From a virus: a stretch of DNA of 64,000 nt. The notes beneath the pieces were generated by a model, which made no database searches, was not told where the DNA came from, and worked only from the letters and a program-made list of their open reading frames with translations. The translations under genes and the position numbers were made by a program. How positions within the stretch are numbered: the stretch's first letter is position 1; every line of letters starts with the position of its first letter. Positions 58,944 through 64,000 of this stretch are shown in pieces. Location of the stretch: positions 1-64,000 of IMG/VR virus record IMGVR_UViG_3300042934_000398; one strand, written 5' to 3'.

Positions 58944-61223
58944 TTGGTGAGTGATAACGGAACAAAAGAATTTGAGTTTCAGTGTAGAGTAGTTAGATGT
59001 ATTTATGATACAGAAGATTATAGAGTGTATGCAGTGGATGTAGATAAAGATAAATATAATTTTATTAAGTTTACTAAATATGGAACAGCAGTTATAAGTG
59101 GCAATCTACATCAACTTGGAGAAGGAATTTTGTATTCAGTAAAAGCAACAGAAGAAATAACTAAGAATGGTTATGGATATAAAGTAAATAATATTAAACG
59201 AGACAGACCAAACACCTCTCTTGATATGCAGTTGTTCTTACAAGAAATATTAACTCCAATGCAAGCAGATACATTATTTAAAGTTTATCCTGATATAGTG
59301 GATAGAGTAATTAATAATAGACTAGAAGACATTGATTTATCATTAACTAAAGGAATTAAAGAGTATACGTTTGAGCGTATCAAAGAAAAGATTGTTGAGA
59401 ACTTTGCATTAGTAGAGCTGGTATCAGAGTTTCAAGGATTACTTAGTCTAAATATGGTTAAAAAGTTGTATGATAAATATCCATCTACAGAAAAAATTAG
59501 ATATGAAATGAAGAATAATCCTTATAAATGCCTGTGTGTAATCTCAGGCATTGGATTTAAAAAAGCTGATGGATTACTATTGGAAATAGAAAAGGCTTCT
59601 ATAGAAAATGTTTCAAAAGGGTTAAAACCTATTATAGATTTTAATTCTGATTTAAAGACAAGCAAGCAAAGATGTTTATCATGTATCTTATTCTTATTAG
59701 AAGAAAACGAAAACAACGGTCATACTAAAATGGATCTAGTAGATTTAAAAAACCAATGTGATAAACTAGTGCCAGCTTGTGCTTATCATTTCATAGATGC
59801 AGTAAAAGAAGAAAGTATATATTATGATAAGAGCAGTAGAAATGTTGCATTAAAAGAAACATATAATACTGAATTATATATAGCAAAGAATATTTCATAT
59901 GGATTATCTGTTAAAAACGAATGGAATATTAATGTAGAGAAATACAGAAATTCAAGTGAATTTTCACTTACAGACGAACAGCTACAATCAATTAATTATT
60001 TATGTAAATACAATATAAGCATATTGAACGGGTTTGGTGGTAGTGGTAAGAGTTCATGTACACAAGCAATAATTCAGATGTTAGATGATAATAATAAATC
60101 GTATGTGTTATTATCTCCGACAGGTAAAGCAGCAAAAGTATTAAAGGAATATTGCAAGAGAGAAACATCAACTATTCATAGAGGTTTAGCTTATATTCCA
60201 CCTAACACATGGACATATTGTATGAATAATAAACTCGATAGTGATGTTGTGGTTATTGATGAGTTTTCAATGACAGATATATTTTTATTCAAACATGTAA
60301 TCGATGCAATAGATTTTAATAGAACTAAGTTGTTAATGGTTGGTGATTCTGCTCAGATACCTTCAGTTGCTTGTGGTAATCTATTGCACGACTTTATGCA
60401 ATCTAAAGTTATACCAACTACGTCATTAACTAAAATCTTTAGATATGGTAAAGGTGGATTAATGACGGTTGCTACAGATGTTAGGAATTGTAAGAAATAT
60501 CTGTCTGACAGTTTAAGTCAGTGTACATACTTTGGAGATAATAAAGACTATGCTTTTATTAATGTAGATGACAAGCAATCAGTTAAAAACGTTCTTGCAT
60601 TATATGAAAAATTATTATCACAGAATTACAAAGTAGAAGATATACAGGTGTTAACAGCATATAACAAAGGAGAATATGGTACAGTTGTATTAAACAACCA
60701 CCTTCAGAAGATAGCTAATAAAAATTTTGGATCAGACACATTTCTTAAATATGGTGAAACAACTTACTATGTTGGTGATTTGATTATACAGAAACAGAAT
60801 AATTATAAAGCAAAAGTATATATTGACGATGATTTCTGTATTGATGACGAGAATTTAAATACTACGTTTATTGCAAATGGAGAGTGCGGAATTGTATTAA
60901 GCATAAATAGATTTGAAATGATAATTGACTTTGATGGTGTGAAGGTTAGTTATTCAAGAGAAGATTTGCAGAGTGTTGGATTGGGATACGCTATTTCAAT
61001 TCATAAATCTCAAGGTAGTAGTTCAAAGGTAATTATTCTACTGACACCAAAGTCTCATACATATATGCTTAATTCAAATCTAATTTATGTTGGACTCACT
61101 AGAATGAAAGAGCGTTGTTTTCATATTGGTGCTGCATCAACAGTTAATACTTCTATAAAAAATAAAGAGAACTTTAACAGAATGACATTTATGCAATCCA
61201 TGTTAAAAGAAAATACAAAGTAA
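58944..61223 (+). CDS. recD2: RecD2-like SF1 helicase
   Basis: GIGFKKAD HhH, GFGGSGKS, IDEFSM, GDSAQI, YAISIHKSQG. Confidence 0.9.
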   Translation: MVSDNGTKEFEFQCRVVRCIYDTEDYRVYAVDVDKDKYNFIKFTKYGTAVISGNLHQLGEGILYSVKATEEITKNGYGYKVNNIKRDRPNTSLDMQLFLQEILTPMQADTLFKVYPDIVDRVINNRLEDIDLSLTKGIKEYTFERIKEKIVENFALVELVSEFQGLLSLNMVKKLYDKYPSTEKIRYEMKNNPYKCLCVISGIGFKKADGLLLEIEKASIENVSKGLKPIIDFNSDLKTSKQRCLSCILFLLEENENNGHTKMDLVDLKNQCDKLVPACAYHFIDAVKEESIYYDKSSRNVALKETYNTELYIAKNISYGLSVKNEWNINVEKYRNSSEFSLTDEQLQSINYLCKYNISILNGFGGSGKSSCTQAIIQMLDDNNKSYVLLSPTGKAAKVLKEYCKRETSTIHRGLAYIPPNTWTYCMNNKLDSDVVVIDEFSMTDIFLFKHVIDAIDFNRTKLLMVGDSAQIPSVACGNLLHDFMQSKVIPTTSLTKIFRYGKGGLMTVATDVRNCKKYLSDSLSQCTYFGDNKDYAFINVDDKQSVKNVLALYEKLLSQNYKVEDIQVLTAYNKGEYGTVVLNNHLQKIANKNFGSDTFLKYGETTYYVGDLIIQKQNNYKAKVYIDDDFCIDDENLNTTFIANGECGIVLSINRFEMIIDFDGVKVSYSREDLQSVGLGYAISIHKSQGSSSKVIILLTPKSHTYMLNSNLIYVGLTRMKERCFHIGAASTVNTSIKNKENFNRMTFMQSMLKENTK

Positions 61224-61227
61224 TTAC

Positions 61228-61276
61228 AAATAATAATAAACAAGATGTTGACAACATAGTTAACCTGTGATATGAT
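61228..61276 (+). promoter_or_regulatory. Operator motif plus sigma-A promoter for ligA
   Basis: AAATAATAATAAACA at 61228; TTGACA at 61248; TG-N-TATGAT at 61271. Confidence 0.7.
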
Positions 61277-61376
61277 TAATTCAAGCGAAAGAGATAAGGC
61301 TAGATTAATGGCATCACAGGTTTTTAGTACATATTGAAAATAATAATAAACAGAAAACATTTAAAAGGAGAATGGA

Positions 61377-63329
61377 ATGAATAATTTAGAAGAAATGAAG
61401 TCATTAATTAAACAGTTAAACGAAGCATCAACAGCATATTATAAGTATGATAAGCCTATTATGTCGGATAAAGACTATGATGCGCTCTATGACCGACTTG
61501 AACAGTTAGAAAAAGGCACAAGTATCATTATGGTAAATTCACCTACTCAGAAAGTACAAGGTGAAATACTAGAAGGATTAACTAAAGTAAAACATAGTAA
61601 GCCTATGTTATCCGCTAACAAAACTAAAGATATTAATGAAGTAAAGAGATTTGTAGGAAATCAATTGTGCGTAGAAATGTGGAAATTGGATGGATTGACA
61701 ATTGTAATACGTTATGAAAATGGTTTATATAAACAAGCCATTACAAGGGGTGGAGGAGATACAGGAGAAGATGTTACACATACAATCAGACATTGTATTA
61801 ATTTACCTTTAAAATTGCGTACAGATGTTAATATAGAAGTACGTGGAGAGTGTGTAATATCGTGGGAGAATTTTGATAAAATCAATGAAACACTAGAAGA
61901 ACCATATAGCCATCCACGTAATTTAGCTGCTGGTAGTGTTAGACAATTAGATTCAAACGTAGCAAAGGAAAGATATTTAGAGTTCATAGCATTTGAATTA
62001 GTACAAGATAATAATATTGAAAAACTTGATACAGATGTTTCATTAGGATGGTTATCTGATTTAGGATTTCAGGTTACTGAAAGAGAATTCGTACAGAATG
62101 GTGTTGCTAATGTGGAAGATGTAGATTTAAAATTTAATCCAATAAACTATAAATATCCAGTAGACGGAACTATTTATAAATATGAGTTTTATGATTATGG
62201 CGAATCACTAGGAACTACAGTACATCATCCTTTGAATATGATTGCTAGAAAGTGGAAAGATGACACATACGAAACAACACTTGTGGATATTGAATGGAAT
62301 ACTTCTCGCACTGGTTTAATTAATCCTGTTGCTATTTTCTCACCTGTAGATTTGGGTGGTGCAATTACAACTAGAGCAACATTACATAATATCAGTTATA
62401 TGGAAGATTTACAGTTAGGAATTGGTGATACGATTACGGTTTATCGTGCCAATATGGTTATTCCTAAAGTTGATGATAATTTAACTAAAAGCAATACATT
62501 TAAGATTCCAGATAAATGTCCTGAGTGTGGTAGTGATATAGAAGTAAAAAATGACAATGGATCAAAATTCTTATATTGTACTAATCCAAATTGCAAAGCC
62601 AAGTTGATTAGTAGATTAACCCATTTCGTAAGTAAATATGCGATGAACATTGATGGGATGTCAGAAGCCACTATTGAAAAATTTGTTGAATTAGGATGGC
62701 TTAATGAGTTGGTAGACATTTATAATCTGAAACAACATAGAAATAAAATGATTACATTAGATGGTTTTGGTGTAAAGTCTGGTGATAAATTATTAGCTGC
62801 AATTGAAGAAAGTAAGCATGTGAAGCTAGAAAATTTCATTTATAGTTTAAGTATCCCACTAATCGGTAAAACAGCAAGCAAAACAATCAGTAAGTATTGT
62901 AAAGGAGATACAATTAATTTCTATAGATTGATTAATGAAGACTTTGATTTTACTAACCTTGACGACTTTGGTGGTACAATGCATGAATCTATTGCAAACT
63001 GGTTTAGAAATAATTATGAGATATACAGAAGTCTTGCTACTATAATGAATTTTGTAATAGAAGATAAAGCAAATAATAATACACAGAATAGTAAATCGTT
63101 GGACGGTATGACATTTGTAATTACAGGATCAGTTAATCGTTATAAGAATCGTGAGGAATTAAAAGCGGATATTGAAAGTAGAAATGGTAAAGTTGCAGGA
63201 AGTGTCAGTAAGAGTACATCATACCTTATAAATAACGATAATACATCAACGTCTGGTAAAAATAAGAAAGCACAAGAGTTGGGAATTAAGATTATTACTG
63301 AAGATGAGTTTTTAGAGATGATTAAGTAA
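61377..63329 (+). CDS. ligA: NAD-dependent DNA ligase
   Basis: KLDG, TRG, EVRGE, PRNLAAGS, TLHN, Zn finger, C-terminal BRCT. Confidence 0.95.
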   Translation: MNNLEEMKSLIKQLNEASTAYYKYDKPIMSDKDYDALYDRLEQLEKGTSIIMVNSPTQKVQGEILEGLTKVKHSKPMLSANKTKDINEVKRFVGNQLCVEMWKLDGLTIVIRYENGLYKQAITRGGGDTGEDVTHTIRHCINLPLKLRTDVNIEVRGECVISWENFDKINETLEEPYSHPRNLAAGSVRQLDSNVAKERYLEFIAFELVQDNNIEKLDTDVSLGWLSDLGFQVTEREFVQNGVANVEDVDLKFNPINYKYPVDGTIYKYEFYDYGESLGTTVHHPLNMIARKWKDDTYETTLVDIEWNTSRTGLINPVAIFSPVDLGGAITTRATLHNISYMEDLQLGIGDTITVYRANMVIPKVDDNLTKSNTFKIPDKCPECGSDIEVKNDNGSKFLYCTNPNCKAKLISRLTHFVSKYAMNIDGMSEATIEKFVELGWLNELVDIYNLKQHRNKMITLDGFGVKSGDKLLAAIEESKHVKLENFIYSLSIPLIGKTASKTISKYCKGDTINFYRLINEDFDFTNLDDFGGTMHESIANWFRNNYEIYRSLATIMNFVIEDKANNNTQNSKSLDGMTFVITGSVNRYKNREELKADIESRNGKVAGSVSKSTSYLINNDNTSTSGKNKKAQELGIKIITEDEFLEMIK

Positions 63330-63360
63330 TAATAATATTAAACGAAAGGAATGATGATTT

Positions 63361-63921
63361 ATAGCTATACCTAAGAAATTTAGAAACAAATACATAATAA
63401 ATGGGGAAACAACAACCATAGAAATGAAAAAGAGAGATGGAAGAACGTTTTATACGACCATTGATACTGACGATCTACAAAGGCTAATAGACTTAAAAGT
63501 TACATGGCATGCAATATTAAATCCAGTAAACGGTTTGTGGTATGCACAAGCAGGAATTTATTTGGGTTGTGAAAATGGAAAATACAAATATTCAAGTATG
63601 ATGATGCAGTGGTTTATTGGAAATCCAGATAATATTAAAGGAATTCAAGTAGATCACATTGACCATGATGGACTGAATAATAGAAAATCAAATTTAAGGA
63701 TTTCTAAGTATGAAGAAAATTTAAGAAACAGAAAATCAAAGAATATAACCAATAAGTCAGGATATAGAAATGTAAGTCAAAATGGTAAATGGTGGGTAGT
63801 AACTATGAGAGTTGATGGAAAGCATGTGGAATTAGCTAAGTTTAAAAATGTAGATGACGCTGGTATATGTGCTGAGATTTTACGTGAAAAATATTATGGA
63901 GACTATGCAGGAGAAAGCTAA
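63361..63921 (+). CDS. HNH-AP2 homing endonuclease, probable ATA start
   Basis: VDHIDHDGLNNRKSNLR, NKSGYRNV. Confidence 0.8.
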   Translation: MAIPKKFRNKYIINGETTTIEMKKRDGRTFYTTIDTDDLQRLIDLKVTWHAILNPVNGLWYAQAGIYLGCENGKYKYSSMMMQWFIGNPDNIKGIQVDHIDHDGLNNRKSNLRISKYEENLRNRKSKNITNKSGYRNVSQNGKWWVVTMRVDGKHVELAKFKNVDDAGICAEILREKYYGDYAGES

Positions 63922-64000
63922 TAAGTTAATACTTTGGAGTGCTTTTAGAAAGGAGAAATTTAATGACAAGTGCAAAAGACGCAAGAAAACAATTAAATGA

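Noticed and set aside
69-62719. Short antisense and overlapping ORFs in the track (e.g. 69..308, 1587..1925, 4412..5160, 10819..11256, 48273..48627)
   Set aside because: Shadows of real genes or low-complexity F/I/L/S-rich frames without SD

Overview
64 kb of a large, very AT-rich SPbeta-like (YonO-encoding) phage or prophage of a Firmicutes host, probably Clostridia. Left arm (minus strand): right end of an IS21-family element that has truncated a LAGLIDADG endonuclease, PIN-PhoH, tRNA-Thr(UGU) with a cluster of structured elements, a YonO-like single-subunit RNA polymerase with a coupled Zn-ribbon partner, and a Rep-like HTH gene. A 2.6 kb non-coding switch region holds degenerate repeats and a DnaA-box cluster. 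About 36 kb of small plus-strand accessory genes follow, including a twister ribozyme, a catalytic-domain-only tyrosine recombinase, a MazF plus YopQ/YopR-like lysogeny module with a LexA box, a macrodomain, an RNA ligase, TnpB and a radical SAM trio. The replication cluster comes last: SSB-like, Sak4-like ATPase, helicase, primase, PD-(D/E)xK nuclease, intein-containing DnaE, RecD2 and LigA. Two dispersed motifs stand out. (1) A 15-bp operator-like motif, ARATAATAATARACA, sits beside sigma-A promoters. (2) About 45 copies of an 18-bp imperfect palindrome, ATYAAA-N6-TTTRAT, sit at accessory gene junctions between stop codon and next RBS and were not seen in the core replication operon. The second motif looks like a set of tyrosine-recombinase crossover sites delimiting gene cassettes, i.e. 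a candidate phage integron-like system. All calls were made by eye; no searches were run.
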